From: Nemertoderma westbladi | Taxonomy: Eukaryota > Animalia > Xenacoelomorpha | Assembly (NCBI GenBank): GCA_032718475.1 | Contig: JAUCBJ010002889.1 | Coordinates: forward strand, 1-50,993 | Direction: 5' to 3' | DNA: 50,993 nt | Shown here: one piece after another, positions 21,597-33,931 of the stretch | Numbering within the stretch: the first letter of the stretch is position 1 | Layout: every line of letters starts with the position of its first letter | The notes under the pieces: generated by a model | Databases searched by the model: none | The model's input: only the letters and a program-made list of their open reading frames with translations | Told to the model about the DNA's origin: nothing | Translations under genes and position numbers: made by a program

Positions 21597-22064
21597 ATGT
21601 TCAATCGTATCACATATGGTGAATTTGATCGGTTTCGAACGGAAAAGCGAAACAAGGGAGCTTGGTTAACCGTCGCATGGGCGTACCGAGCCGCATTCTA
21701 CCATAAACGTATACGAGCGAGCGTATTCGAGGAAGAGGAGGTCCTAGAGGCGACGAATATACCAGCCACCCCGGTTGCGCCGTCTGCACGTCACCCTCGG
21801 GAGGACGGACAGGGTAGGATCATACGGGTCCAGAAAGTGGGCCAACAATTAAAGAAAATTATTAATATAGAAGAACGCAAGGGAGTTGAGCCGACCATTC
21901 GAATTACTCGGGATACGGTATCGCTTCCTAGAGAACCAATAGGAGGATCGGGACATACACCAGCTGATCAACAGGGGGCGCAAGCTACTCTTGGGTCTGC
22001 GTCGTCCGCTTCTCGCGCGTTCCCAGACGTTCTACCAACTGTAGTGACAACTGATCGGTCATGA
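21597..22064 (+). CDS. Accessory ORF4 (basic, unknown function); frame stays open to 22238 after one TGA
   Basis: Same frame as ORF3, ATG at 21597. After TGA 22062-22064 the frame continues for 57 codons, ending FRGRGRARSTKR* (22238). Confidence 0.5.
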   Translation: MFNRITYGEFDRFRTEKRNKGAWLTVAWAYRAAFYHKRIRASVFEEEEVLEATNIPATPVAPSARHPREDGQGRIIRVQKVGQQLKKIINIEERKGVEPTIRITRDTVSLPREPIGGSGHTPADQQGAQATLGSASSASRAFPDVLPTVVTTDRS

Positions 22065-22299
22065 GGAATTGGTCGAGGTTTTGGGATGCCAAATAGACGA
22101 ATTTGCGAGGAAATAGTCGCACCGTCTCTCAACGTCCAAACGAAACCAGTGACTCGCCCCACGAGTCCCATATCGCGAGCAAAGTCACCTGTGCGCAGTT
22201 TTCGAGGACGCGGCAGGGCTCGATCCACTAAGCGATAAAAGGGAGGGCAAGGGTGGACGGAAGACTCGTGAGCCTTTCTTATGATTTTGTGATTTATTT

Positions 22300-22800
22300 G
22301 AATTTATATTTATATTTGTGTTTATTCCGAACTTATGCAATTTGTATTGTTCCGAATTTATGAAATTTAGAAATAAGAACTTATATTTAGTAAAACTTAT
22401 ATTTAGTAAAACTTATATTTAGTAAAACTTATATTTAGTAAGACTTATATTTGTAAGAATTTATATTTTATATTTGTAATTATTCCGAACTTATGCAATT
22501 TATATTATTCCGAACTTATGCAATTTATATTGTTCCGAATACTATGCAATTTATATCTTGTAAGCAGTATTTGTATTTACAGTGAAATAGAAAGTAAGAG
22601 TAGATGGAAGACTCGTGGGCCTTTCTTATAGTTTCATTTGTAAAGTGTTATATTTTGTATTTAGAAAGTTTTATAGTTAGAAAGTTTTGTGCTTAGAAAG
22701 ACTCATATTTGTAATTATTCCGAACTTATGCAATCTACATTTAGGCACGAAAGTATTTGTAATTATTTGAATTTATGCAATATTTGAGATGCAATAGATT
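22300..22800 (+). repeat. AT-rich short tandem repeats in the element's 3' non-coding region
   Basis: AAACTTATATTTAGTA (16 bp) about 4 times and TTCCGAACTTATGCAATTTATAT about 6 times. Confidence 0.85.
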
Positions 22801-23030
22801 TATATTGGTGAATTTAATTTAGATTTATATTGTACTTACTTAGTAAAGCCCTAAATACGTAAAGTTTGAATTTGTAATTAATTTTGTATCGAATCATTAC
22901 GTAGAAAGGAAGTATTGTTTGAAATTTAATTGTAAATATGTAAGTACGCCCTAAGTATTCTATAGTTTGATTGATTATTGGTGAAAACCGTATATTTTAT
23001 GCACGATAATATCCTGTTTTCATGGAGCGG

Positions 23031-24937
23031 TATAGAATTATATTCCCTAAATGCCGTGGATTTTCAAAATTTTATTTTATTCGAATTAACTTTGTAAAAG
23101 ATTGCTTTGAGTCCTCATTTGTATTTGTTATATCTATTGTACGCCTATTGGTCAAGTGGTTCAGTAGCTCAGTCGGTAGAGCGTTGGAAATTATATGTGT
23201 AGTAGGTATTGAGTTCGAATCCTAGTAAGTGCGAATTATTTTTTGTGCAGAATTTCAACTCATTTAAATTGACCGCTACAAATTAAAGTGCATTTGTTTG
23301 TACCTAGATTAACCAATGACACTGTAGTTATTTGATCGTAACCAATGTCGTACAAGTTATATATTAGCTGGACCAATAGCTATCTTTAAAAACCTGTTAG
23401 AACCTATAGAACAATCGAGAATTTTCTCGATTGATTGCAGCACAAATTTGCTATATAAAGGTGCGATTTGTTCATTAGTTATACTTCTCAGATTATCTTA
23501 TCTTATCAATATTCTGTCGTGCTTAGTTTATTTCAGATTACATTGTATTATAATTATATCTTCTGTAATAAAGTCAGAATTATCGCTAATCTGCCTTTTC
23601 TATCTGTTTTACCATGATTCACCACGGTGAACCCAACTAAGGGACAGGATGGCCAGCTAGAGATCGGGCCGCAGCAATGAACGGGAACATCACGGGAATG
23701 TAGACAAGAGACAACCCGCAATACCATCTTGAGTTATTCGCCCATCGCCTGAAAGGTTAGACAGCGTTCGACGCCTCGCTACCTAAGCGTAAGACCAAAG
23801 ATCAAAAGGTAGAAGTAGTGACACGCTGTGAGCCTAAAATTACATCTTAGGGACTGTACTGTCTTGATTCAGGAAAAAACCACAGTAGACCTTCACATTC
23901 CTACGGGGGGAGAACGCAGGCAGATACTAGTACGCAGATAGGACGTAGGCACACCGGTACGAAGCATACACATTGGTAGGGTGCAGCAAACTGTACGCCT
24001 AAGGCCTAACTCTTGCTAAGTGCAGGTGCGTGTGCGACTATTTGTAGTACAACGGTGTCCATTGCATTAGAACTTGTAGGCTAGAGGGGTTGCTGTGTTT
24101 TCACCTGAATTAGGATTGTACCGTTCAGGCGGTAGGGCAGTTTACAACTAGGCGCAAATAAATTGAGGCTATTAGGGATATACTAACATCTACCGTGTCC
24201 CCGCCAACGCCCTAATAGGAAGTTACCCAGCCTACCTAGGTGACTAAAATTCTAGATAAGAGCCAGGATAGCTATTAGTAACTGTACGCCTACAGTAGTA
24301 AACTAACACATCTCTTCTTAGTATCAGGGACCTGGTACCTAAAATTGCCGAATTCTGGGCGTAGCATTAACCTTATGCCTGAATTTGAGTCCTGGAAATA
24401 CGCAAGAGGGGAAGGAACCTTATCATTCGTGAGTATTGGACCTACAAGTTACAAAATTAGAATATTCGTAAAATGCACACCGTACCCAGTAATTATATAT
24501 GTGAAGGAGCAAAACTGCTTTTGACTGTTTAGAATTAACACACACGCGCGTTAGAAATTATTTACACCTCAAAATATATAAAATTAACTTTTGTCCGTAC
24601 TGTGCTTTGCCCGCTAGTTAGACATCTCCAAATCTCTGCCTCTGTACCTAGCTAGCGTCCCTTTGCCCAACCATATAAATCACACCGCGGCAAAGTATAC
24701 GAGCCCCTTAGTCCGTCAGTGAGTCAGCCTGATTTTAGGATTCGCTGCGCGGGATTTTGTTTTATCGAAGTTTGTCTGCTCGTAGACTGTTTTCTGCCTC
24801 ACCGGTTATAAGAGATCGATACTGCAATATATTCGCTTACTTAGAGTTTATTGTTTTGGTGAGAAGGTCGGATTTATGATTTGATTCACAAACTTTACAG
24901 TAGGATATTGCAGGTATTGTTACTGTCTCTTCGAATA
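23031..24937 (+). repeat. 3' LTR (1907 bp)
   Basis: Direct repeat of the 5' LTR, with an extra 7 bp near 24001 (GCCTAAGGCCTAAC). Preceded by a short purine-rich GGAGCGG (putative PPT) and followed by TTGGT. Confidence 0.95.
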
Positions 24938-25687
24938 TTGGTAGCTCTTTCTTCATTACCAACTCAGGCCGGTTTTGCAAAGGCTGGAAATATTTTATAT
25001 ATGTCACGCAAGCCAGTCGTCAAAAAGCAGAGACGTGATTGGTGCAAGTATGTTGTTCAGCTTCCCAGTGGATGGTTACAAATTTTGGGATTTCTGTCCA
25101 ATGGAATTTCATTGCTTGGCCTGTTGAGAAAGCCCTCATAGATGCGGGGCGAAAACTACCGATCATCTCACTGCCGTCAGCTGATCGTCAGCTGATCACT
25201 AATGCAACTCTATAATAAATATTATATTGATTATTGTTCCCTCAAGCTTTATTTACTTCAAAAAGATATAACTGTTGTAAACGTTGATAAGGAATGATAT
25301 TGATGTAACATTATTTTGCAGTTACAATAACAACTGTACGGTGATACAGGCTTATACTTTGCGTATGGCAACGGCTATCATTCAAGCATTCACAAATAAT
25401 AATTGGTAAATGTTGTTTCTAAGTTGTTTTTACTTTTCTGCGTTTCGAACTAAAGGCGCTAACGCTGCAAAGTATTACTTTTCAACGTTGCGAGTATTTC
25501 TCCAGAGCTCTGAGAAGTTGGCAAAATGTAACAATAACTATTTACATCATTGTGTGCAAAGTAGCCCTTTGCAGCGTTATGACCCGAGTTTATTTATGTA
25601 CGGAGCGAGCGCAGCGAGGGAGGTTTTCATAAATAAACAAGGGTCTTTCACGGTGAAAAGTGACCTTTGCAAGCAATGGTGTATGTA

Positions 25688-26262
25688 ATTTTGTTACATT
25701 ATGTCAACTTATCTGCGTTCGGTATGTGAAGAAAGGATTTTATGGATGCTCATTTATACATTTTAATCATGTACTATTTCGAATATAAGTTAAATTTATT
25801 AACAGGTACACAGTATTAATTATACATTTATATCCAATTAAAGTTTATTGTTATGTGATAAATCTTTGATCCATCGTGACCTTGGTCGACTGAAGCAATA
25901 ATCTGAGTCATCGTCTGTGTCCGTTCAGTTTTACTGAACACTGTCGCCATTTTCTTTGCTCATTTTCTCTTAAAATATCTTAATAGGTTTCGCCATAGTG
26001 GATTACAGTACACGTTAAACAAATATTATTTACATACAGTATAGCTATAGTCCCTTCATTGTAAACTCGATAATAGAGTAGCACGCACTACTATAAATGT
26101 AAATAATACATTCTGGAATACGGCAATTGAAGTTGTTACCATGTCATTGATTACTTTGCAGCGTTCCGTCCTACAGCCCGCAACGCTGCAAAGAAAGTGG
26201 TACTTTGCAGCGTTACGAGTAATTCATCAGAACGCTGCTAAGTTGACATAATGTAACAAAAT
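25688..26262. mobile_element. Non-autonomous DNA transposon (MITE) with ~33-bp TIRs
   Basis: ATTTTGTTACATTATGTCAACTTATCTGCGTTC pairs with GAACGCTGCTAAGTTGACATAATGTAACAAAAT (2 mismatches). Confidence 0.75.
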
Positions 26263-26305
26263 AAATGATATTAAATCAGCATAAAAATAATGAATATTAA
26301 CTTAC

Positions 26306-26572
26306 CGGGTTTTTCTGTTACTGTTACTCCAGCACTATGTACTCCATTGGCTATAGAATAGACGTCAACAGATACGTTAGCTTCCCACGTACCATCCGCT
26401 ATACAATATCCGCTTTTGTTGGTTGTTACATTATCACAATTAAAGTCTGTAGTACCAGAGGTTGGTGACACTTTGTACGAATCCACACTCCCATTAGTTG
26501 GTTCATCCCAGGATAGATACATAAACGCTGGGGGTATGAACTCAAGCGTTACGTCTTGAGGATCATCGGGAA
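26306..26572 (-). CDS. FN3 host gene exon (1 FN3)
   Basis: 267 nt, catag|...G|gtaagt. Reads VPDDPQDVTL...YLSWDEP...VDSYKV...VYSIANGVHS. Confidence 0.85.
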
Positions 26573-27639
26573 CTATGAAAAATAAATAAAAAAAAGTGTC
26601 ATTCATAAATAATGTTGTTTCAGTTATGACGTGTGACTTGTATGAGGCAAAGTATGTAATGTATCTGCATCTGCAATGTATTACCCGAAGGGTGAATAAA
26701 CTGCTGCGAACTGTTTCACACGACATTGATTATACAATTTTAATTAATATACAAATATATTTTGAGAAATCCTCTACAAGTGAAAAAGACAAAAATAACA
26801 GCTGATCACCACCAAATATATAACTGTATCCTGTCATTGACATGCATTTATTGTTTTGGTTATTACTAGCATATGCTGCTGCTCCATTCCCTTAATTAAA
26901 AATTAGCATTATTACCACCCCCCCCCCCCCCCCCCCCCTCTCGCTGTCTGAACAGGCTATACCTCAGATCGGTCTCAACAGTAATTCAGCAATATCTCAT
27001 AAATTTAACAAAGATGTAATAATTTGTATTGTGGGCCATCTTTAAATTACGCAACGCAATGAATAGGGGGCGGGGGAGGGGGGGGGGGGGGGGGGGGGGG
27101 GTGGGCTATATATCACAACATAATGTGATATAGAGAGAAATGGGTACGGAAAAACTTACACACCAATATTGTATCGTAAATTCAAGTCAAATAAATTCCA
27201 ATCAAGTAGATTACCCATACCCAATTCAAAAACTTTCAATTTGGTGCCCAGCCTGTCAGCCTATAGTCTGACTTACCACATTATTGTCAAATATAGGCAA
27301 CGGTAAGTAGAGTACTGTAGGCCAGTAGAACAAAGATTTAATGTTTAAAGCCTACATAGAGGATCTCCAAATAGCAAAAAAGAAGTGAAGCCTGCATATG
27401 GAGGTGGAGAGGCAGTAGCAATGCCAGTCATTAGCATAACTGACCAATTGAGCTGCAGATGGGAATAAACTATATGGCCTATAGCCAAAACAGACCTCAT
27501 TTTGTCCTAATATACAAGCCTTAATATATATTAAAATTAAAATATTATTAACAATTATTTTGGTATTCAATCGTTTTATTAGCTCGCTCACTGGGATTCT
27601 TAGTCATTATAAAAGTGTAAACAGATAGGCCCATTAAGC

Positions 27640-27717
27640 CATGGACTTCTAGAATATAAATTTATACCAATATGTATAAATATGTGCAATGAATAAATAC
27701 CATTCTAGAAGTCCATG
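27640..27717. mobile_element. 78-bp mini-MITE with 16-bp TIRs and 7-bp TSD
   Basis: CATGGACTTCTAGAAT...ATTCTAGAAGTCCATG, flanked on both sides by ATTAAGC. Confidence 0.8.
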
Positions 27718-27797
27718 ATTAAGCTTATCCAGTAATCACTGTGATTAATGTAATGTTCTTAAACTTGGAACATTTTGCATGACACGACATATGGGAT

Positions 27798-27842
<45 letters not shown>
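27798..27842 (+). repeat. Poly-G tract (others at ~7832-7855, ~26918-26938 as poly-C, ~27066-27101)
   Basis: Homopolymer runs visible directly. Confidence 0.95.
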
Positions 27843-27844
<2 letters not shown>

Positions 27845-27846
27845 CG

Positions 27847-28070
27847 CCCATGTGAAGAATAGCAGGTTTTAATTTCAGTCGAAATTTTATTTAAATCTCA
27901 AATGAAGTATTTGTATTTTTTTTGAATTTACCCTTTAAGTGTTTTAAAGCGGTTTAGTTATATCTTATAACCTGTTTGATACTACTTCGTTTACTGTTTT
28001 GGCTTGAGTCAGCCATTCTGTAACCTGGGTTTTTTTTAGTGAAAACCTTATCTTATATTCTTCACATGGG
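27847..28070. mobile_element. Possible MITE with 15-bp inverted repeats
   Basis: CCCATGTGAAGAATA ... TATTCTTCACATGGG; no clear TSD. Confidence 0.5.
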
Positions 28071-28415
28071 AATAATGGCAAAGTGAAATATAACAGCAGA
28101 AAGTCTGGTGTAGTTCACAGGGGCCTCAAAAATCGTCCAAAAAGCGTTTACGTAGCTTATGTTCGATCGGTTAGATCGGCTTAAAAACCAGAAACAAAGT
28201 TATTGAGTTAATGTGAAATTACAAATCGATAGTAATATGCAATCTATGGCCGACCATCACCCCAGGAGTGTATAACAAACAATATGATGATTTGATTGTC
28301 ATTCGTGTGATGAGATATAAACGATGGAAATTATAATAGACATTCAATGACTGCATGTATCAATAATGTATTCATTATATATGTATTTCAGTCAAAGCGA
28401 TGTCTGTTTATAAAC

Positions 28416-28697
28416 CTGTGGCTATTGAACCATCAATGAATTCAGTAGAGTGATTGGTACCAAAAATCCAGTTATATAGAACCCCAGAGTATAATGTATG
28501 GAAAGTGTAATTGTAATCATCAAAAGGAACTGAGACTTCCTCGGAGTACTCAAGGTTAGTTGATACAGACTCCAAGCTGATGTTTATATTCGAATACGGG
28601 GTGCTGGTATTGTGGGTGGCATTGGAGAGAGGAGACCATGAGAAGGTTACAGTGGTTGTGGTAGACGTTACAACTGGAATCGGGACTTCTAAAGGCT
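28416..28697 (-). CDS. FN3 host gene exon (1 FN3; not in the ORF track)
   Basis: ttttttag|AG CCT...ACA G|gttt, 282 nt. Reads PLEVPIPVVTSTTTTVTFSWSP...YTFHTLYSGVLYNWIF. Confidence 0.8.
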
Positions 28698-29413
28698 CTA
28701 AAAAATGCCAATGGATGTTAGGAATATTCAGTAATTGTAGACTTTGATAGTTCCTTTATTATTAATTATGAAACATGTTGAATGTAATTTGTTTTGTTAG
28801 GAAAGAGAATAGGCACAGGCAGACAAATAAATCGTACATATACATAGTACCGGTATTTAAATGAAAAATATACCTGAAATTAAAAAGTACAAAGGTGAAA
28901 AAATACATCCAAATTGGTGTAAATGTTGCCAAAATTAATGCTGATAGAATATTACATTATAAAGGTGAGTTGGTAAGTTTATACACCTCGACCCAGAGTA
29001 ATACAGTGAGTCCAATAGGTTCCCTTTGTGTGATGGAAAATCAGTAATTAATCTAACTATCAGTTAATTATTAGTTTCTCTGAAAACATTCAATATGTAT
29101 TCCAAATAAATATCAATGGTGCAAATTCCATTTGCACCTCATTCATGTGTCTGTATGATGTTGTGTGTGCATGTGAATGTGCACTATAATCAGTGATCTC
29201 ACAAGCAAGCGGTGCCAACAGACAAGACAGATGCCATCGTAAAAGCTATAAATATTGTCATGAGTATATAGATATGATCCAAGGTGTACTTAAATCACAT
29301 AAAAATAACAAATTATGGTGCCCCAATGAGGTAAGGTGGTTTAAAATAACCAGTGTTTCATTTGTGCCACATAAACTAAAAACAACAGCAAGACACACCC
29401 ACGTTTAACCTAC

Positions 29414-30259
29414 GAGTTGTAAAGTTGTCCATGGCAACAGCAGCTTCAAACCCATCAGCCACAGTTGCTATAGAAACATTGTAAACAGAACCGGGTTGGA
29501 GATTATCAATAGAGATGTTGCTGAACTTGGTAAAGGTTTTATTGGGAAGGTTGCTGCCTCTTATAGAATAATGGACTGAGTAACCAGATATGGTGCAGCT
29601 ACAACTAGGTTGCACCCAGGACACCAACAAGTGGTGTTCACTGGAATCGAGCAGTACAAGGTCACTAGGTGGCGCTATAGTTGTAGGGAACGAATACCAA
29701 GTATCCTGCGAGGGGGCGCTGGGTATACCGTTACTCCAGGCCCCTACCGAGATTTCATAGACAGTCCCAGGGTCCAATCCGTCTAGAACCACTTCCATAG
29801 AGTCAATAGGAGACTCGACAGCAAAGTCAACGGAGTCTACGATACTGGGGGTCCAACCCGGGACGTTTCGACTACGATAGTAAACAGTAAACCGATCCAC
29901 CAAACCTGGACCCACAGACCAACCAATGTGGAGAGAGTCGATAGAGGAGTCCAGACTATACAGGTCGCTAGGCAATGTGGGTAACGTAGCCAATCGGGAG
30001 AGAGCTGGATGACTGGGTTTATCGTTGTAAACAGCAGTAACATTTATATCATAAACCATCCCGGAGATTAAATCAAACGCTTCGGCCTTGTTTACTACAC
30101 TTGTTACCATGGCCACTGTATCCTTATAAGGAGGTAGAAGCGCGGTAAAGGAAACATTGTAATAATCTATAGAAACACCTTCTAGAACATTGTCCCAAGC
30201 AACGATCATTGATTGGTTGTCATGGGATACAAGATAGAGACCGGTTGGACTTTCTGGAG
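29414..30259 (-). CDS. FN3 host gene exon B copy 1
   Basis: 846 nt, ag/gt boundaries, phase 1-1. Confidence 0.9.
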
Positions 30260-30487
30260 CTACATAAAGAAAAATGTGAAAATATTAAGTCGGGCACAAA
30301 TATTTGGTTTAAAAGTTGCATCAAATTTCGATAAAGAGAACAAAATGAAGAAACACAAAAACATGTCATTATTTTTATTTTAAGAAAATATATTCGAATT
30401 ATCTTCCTAGAACAACAAAAAGGAAATACTGAGGAGGATAGACCAACAAAAATGAAACTAATTAATTAAGAAGATAATAAAACTCAC

Positions 30488-31303
30488 GTGTAGAGAATTC
30501 TAGAATCCCGGATTCTCCACGTGCCGCTGTTAGTTGGGGAGTAACTGATACAATATAAGTCGTAGCGGATTGTAGGTCTGCTAGTCTAACTTCGGGTACT
30601 AATGAACCAATCACAACGCTTTCTGTAGAACTATCATTGAATGAGTATACAATACGGTAACCAGTGATTGGTTCTCTGGTGGGCGGGGCCACCCACGATA
30701 TAACTGCGGAATCTGCGCTCGACCAATCAGCAACCAGCTCTATAGGAACGCCCACATTAGTAACAAATGTTCTAGAACTCCCCTTTGTACTTTCCTCTCC
30801 ATTACTCCAGGAACTAACAGTAATAGAATACCTCCATCCGGGGTTCAACCCAGATATATTTACATTCTGGTCGGAAACCGGAACCTCGAATGTTTCTGTA
30901 CCATCGGTAAAATAGTCCGGTAGATAGTAGACAGTGTAACTATCTACTCTACTGTTATTGGGCTCTATCCAACTCACAGTCACTGTACCGGTACTCAAAT
31001 GCTCTATATATAGGCCATGTGGAGGGGCTGGTAAAGTTGACATGGAATATGTAAGTTCTTCACTAACTTCCTTCTCAAACTCAGCCACAACAGTAACAGA
31101 GTAAATAGTACCTCCTATCAGATCAGTTAGTTCTATTTCAGTGCCTCTTGTAGTAAACGATTCTAATTGGTTGAATAATCCTTGGGTGGGAGTGTAGCTC
31201 ACTCTGTATTGGTCAGTGTTATTACTGGCAGAGGGAGTCCAGCCAATCAGCAATGAGGAATTGGTTTTGGATATTACTGTAATGTTAGTAGGTGGGGGAG
31301 GTG
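30488..31303 (-). CDS. FN3 host gene exon A copy 1
   Basis: 816 nt, near-identical to copy 2, splice sites conserved. Confidence 0.9.
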
Positions 31304-31789
31304 CTAATGGGAAAATAAAATAATACAATTATATATTTTTTATATAATATTACATCTGGTGATTTTCAATAAACATAAACAATTCGCAAAAAAACACCCA
31401 GCGCTTCTGAAAATTAACATCGATATACTTATTCCGCTTTTCAGTTTTTTTTTGTTGTAAACAAACAGGAAAATATAAAGAAGAAACGTTTTCAACTGAA
31501 AAATTTCACCAAACCAAATAATTAATCTTTGGTATTTTCCGAAAATTATCACAGTCCTACGAAACCAAAAGGTCAAAATATATAAGGTCTTAGGATAAAC
31601 TCGAAAGTCAAATAAGATCTAAAGGAATAATATGAGTGGAGGAGAATAAAGGTGAATGATAGATGATTATTATCATATTGTAAACACTGAATATTACACT
31701 CTTGTATTGCAAGGTACCTGCATAATAGTGACCGGTGCACATTATATCAAACAGTGTACACATATGTGTGTGGAAAGATGAAATGAGTG

Positions 31790-31970
31790 TACATAATCTA
31801 TACCAACTGTGCACACAAAAGGTTGTAGATGGAAGAAATGGTACATAATCTATACCAACTGTGCACACAAAAGGCTGTGGATGGAAGAAATGGTACACAA
31901 TCTATATTAACTGTGAACACAAAAGGTTGTAGATGGAAGAAATGGTACACAATCTATATTAACTGTGTAC
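31790..31970. repeat. 52-bp intronic tandem repeat (3-4 copies)
   Basis: TACATAATCTATACCAACTGTGCACACAAAAGGTTGTAGATGGAAGAAATGG repeats here. It accounts for most of the length difference between the duplication periods. Confidence 0.88.
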
Positions 31971-32042
31971 ACGAATAGTGAACAATTTGTGTGTATAAAT
32001 CGAACCAAAAACAATCACAAGGTACAGTTACGTGTAACCTAC

Positions 32043-32888
32043 GGGTTGTAAAGTTGTCCATGGCAACAGCAGCTTCAAACCCATCAGCCACAGTTGCTAT
32101 AGAAACATTGTAAACAGAACCGGGTTGGAGATTATCAATAGAGATGTTGCTGAACTTGGTAAAGGTTTTATTGGGAAGGTTGCTGCCTCTTATAGAATAA
32201 TGGACTGAGTAACCAGATATGGTGCAGCTACAACTAGGTTGCACCCAGGACACCATCAAGTGGTGTTCACTGGAATCGAGTAGTACAAGGTCACTAGGTG
32301 GCGCTATAGTTGTAGGGAACGAATACCAAGTATCCTGAAAGGGGGCGCTGGGGATATCGTTACTCCAGGCCCCTACCGAGACCTCATAGACAGTGCCAGG
32401 GTCCAATCCGTCTAGAACCACTTCCATAGAGTCAATAGGAGACTCGACAGCAAAGTCAACGGAGTCTACGATACTGGGGGTCGAACCCGGGACGTTTCGA
32501 CTACGAGAGTAAACAGTAAACCGATCCACCAAACCTGGACCCACAGACCAACCAATGTGGAGAGAGTCGATAGAGGAGTCCAGTCTATACAGGTCGCTAG
32601 GCAATGTGGGTAACGTAGCCAATCGGGATATAGCTGGATGACTGGGTTTATCGTTGTAAACAGCAGTAACATTTATATCATAAACCATCCCGGAGATTAA
32701 ATCAAACGCTTCGGCCTTGTTTACTACACTTGTTACCATGGCCACTGTATCCTTATAAGGAGGTAGAAGCGCGGTAAAGGAAACATTGTAATAATCTATA
32801 GAAACACCTTCTAGAACATTGTCCCAAGCAACGATCATTGATTGGTTGTCATGGGATACAAGATAGAGACCGGTTGGACTTTCTGGAG
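32043..32888 (-). CDS. FN3 host gene exon B copy 2
   Basis: 846 nt, near-identical to the other B copies, splice sites conserved. Confidence 0.9.
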
Positions 32889-33115
32889 CTACATAAAGAA
32901 AAATGTGAAAATATTAAGTCGGGCACAAATATTTGGTTTAAAAGTTGCATCAAATTTCGATAAAGAGAACAAATGAAGAAACACAAAAACATGTCATTAT
33001 TTTTATTTTAAGAAAATATATTCGAATTATCTTCCTAGAACAACAAAAAGGAAATACTGAGGAGGATTGACCAACAAAAATGAAACTAATTAATTAAGAC
33101 GATAATAAAACTCAC

Positions 33116-33931
33116 GTGTAGAGAATTCTAGAATCCCGGATTCTCCACGTGCCTCTGTTAGTTGGGGAGTAACTGATACAATATAAGTCGTAGCGGATTG
33201 TAGGTCTGCTAGTCTAACTTCGGGTACTAATGAACCAATCACAACGCTTTCTGTAGAACTATCACTGGGTGAGTATACAATACGGTAACCAGTGATTGGT
33301 TCTCTGGTGGGCGGGGCCACCCACGATATAACTGCGGAATCTGCGCTCGACCAATCAGCAACCAGCTCTATAGGAACGCCCACATTAGTAACAAATGTTC
33401 TAGAACTCCCCTTTGTACTTTCCTCTCCATTACTCCAGGAACTAACAGTAATAGAATACCTCCATCCGGGGTTCAACCCAGATATATTTACATTCTGGTC
33501 GGAAACCGGAACCTCGAATGTTTCTGTACCATCGGTAAAATAGTCCGGTAGATAGTAGACAGTGTAACTATCTACTCTACTGTTATTGGGCTCTATCCAA
33601 CTCACAGTCACTGTACCGGTACTCAACTGCTCTATATATAGGCCATGTGGAGGGGCTGGTAAAGTTGACATGGAATATGTAAGTTCTTCACTAACTTCCT
33701 TCTCAAACTCAGCCACAACAGTAACAGAGTAAATAGTACCTCCTATCAGATCAGTTAGTTCTATTACAGTGCCTCTTGTAGTAAACGATTCCAATTGGTT
33801 GAATAATCCTTGGGTGGGAGTGTAGCTCACTTTGTATTGGTCAGTGTTATTACTGGCAGAGGGAATCCAGCCAATCAGCAATGAGGAATTGGTTTTGGAT
33901 ATTACTGTAATGTTAGTAGGTGGAAGAGGTG
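33116..33931 (-). CDS. FN3 host gene exon A copy 2 (3 FN3 domains)
   Basis: 816 nt, cccattag|...C|gtgagt. Motifs LLIGW, LIGGTIYSVTV, LNPGWRYSITV, LQSATTYIVSV. Confidence 0.9.

Larger units (their letters stand above)
8472..24937 (+). mobile_element. Full-length BEL/Pao (Belpaoviridae) LTR retrotransposon, ~16.5 kb, recently inserted
   Basis: Two near-identical direct repeats (8472-10371, 23031-24937) are flanked by the 5-bp TSD TTGGT (8467-8471, 24938-24942). The internal gag-PR-RT-RNaseH-IN polyprotein carries BEL-type motifs. Confidence 0.96.

Noticed and set aside
20727-22064. env gene
   Set aside because: No signal peptide, fusion peptide or transmembrane segment is visible.
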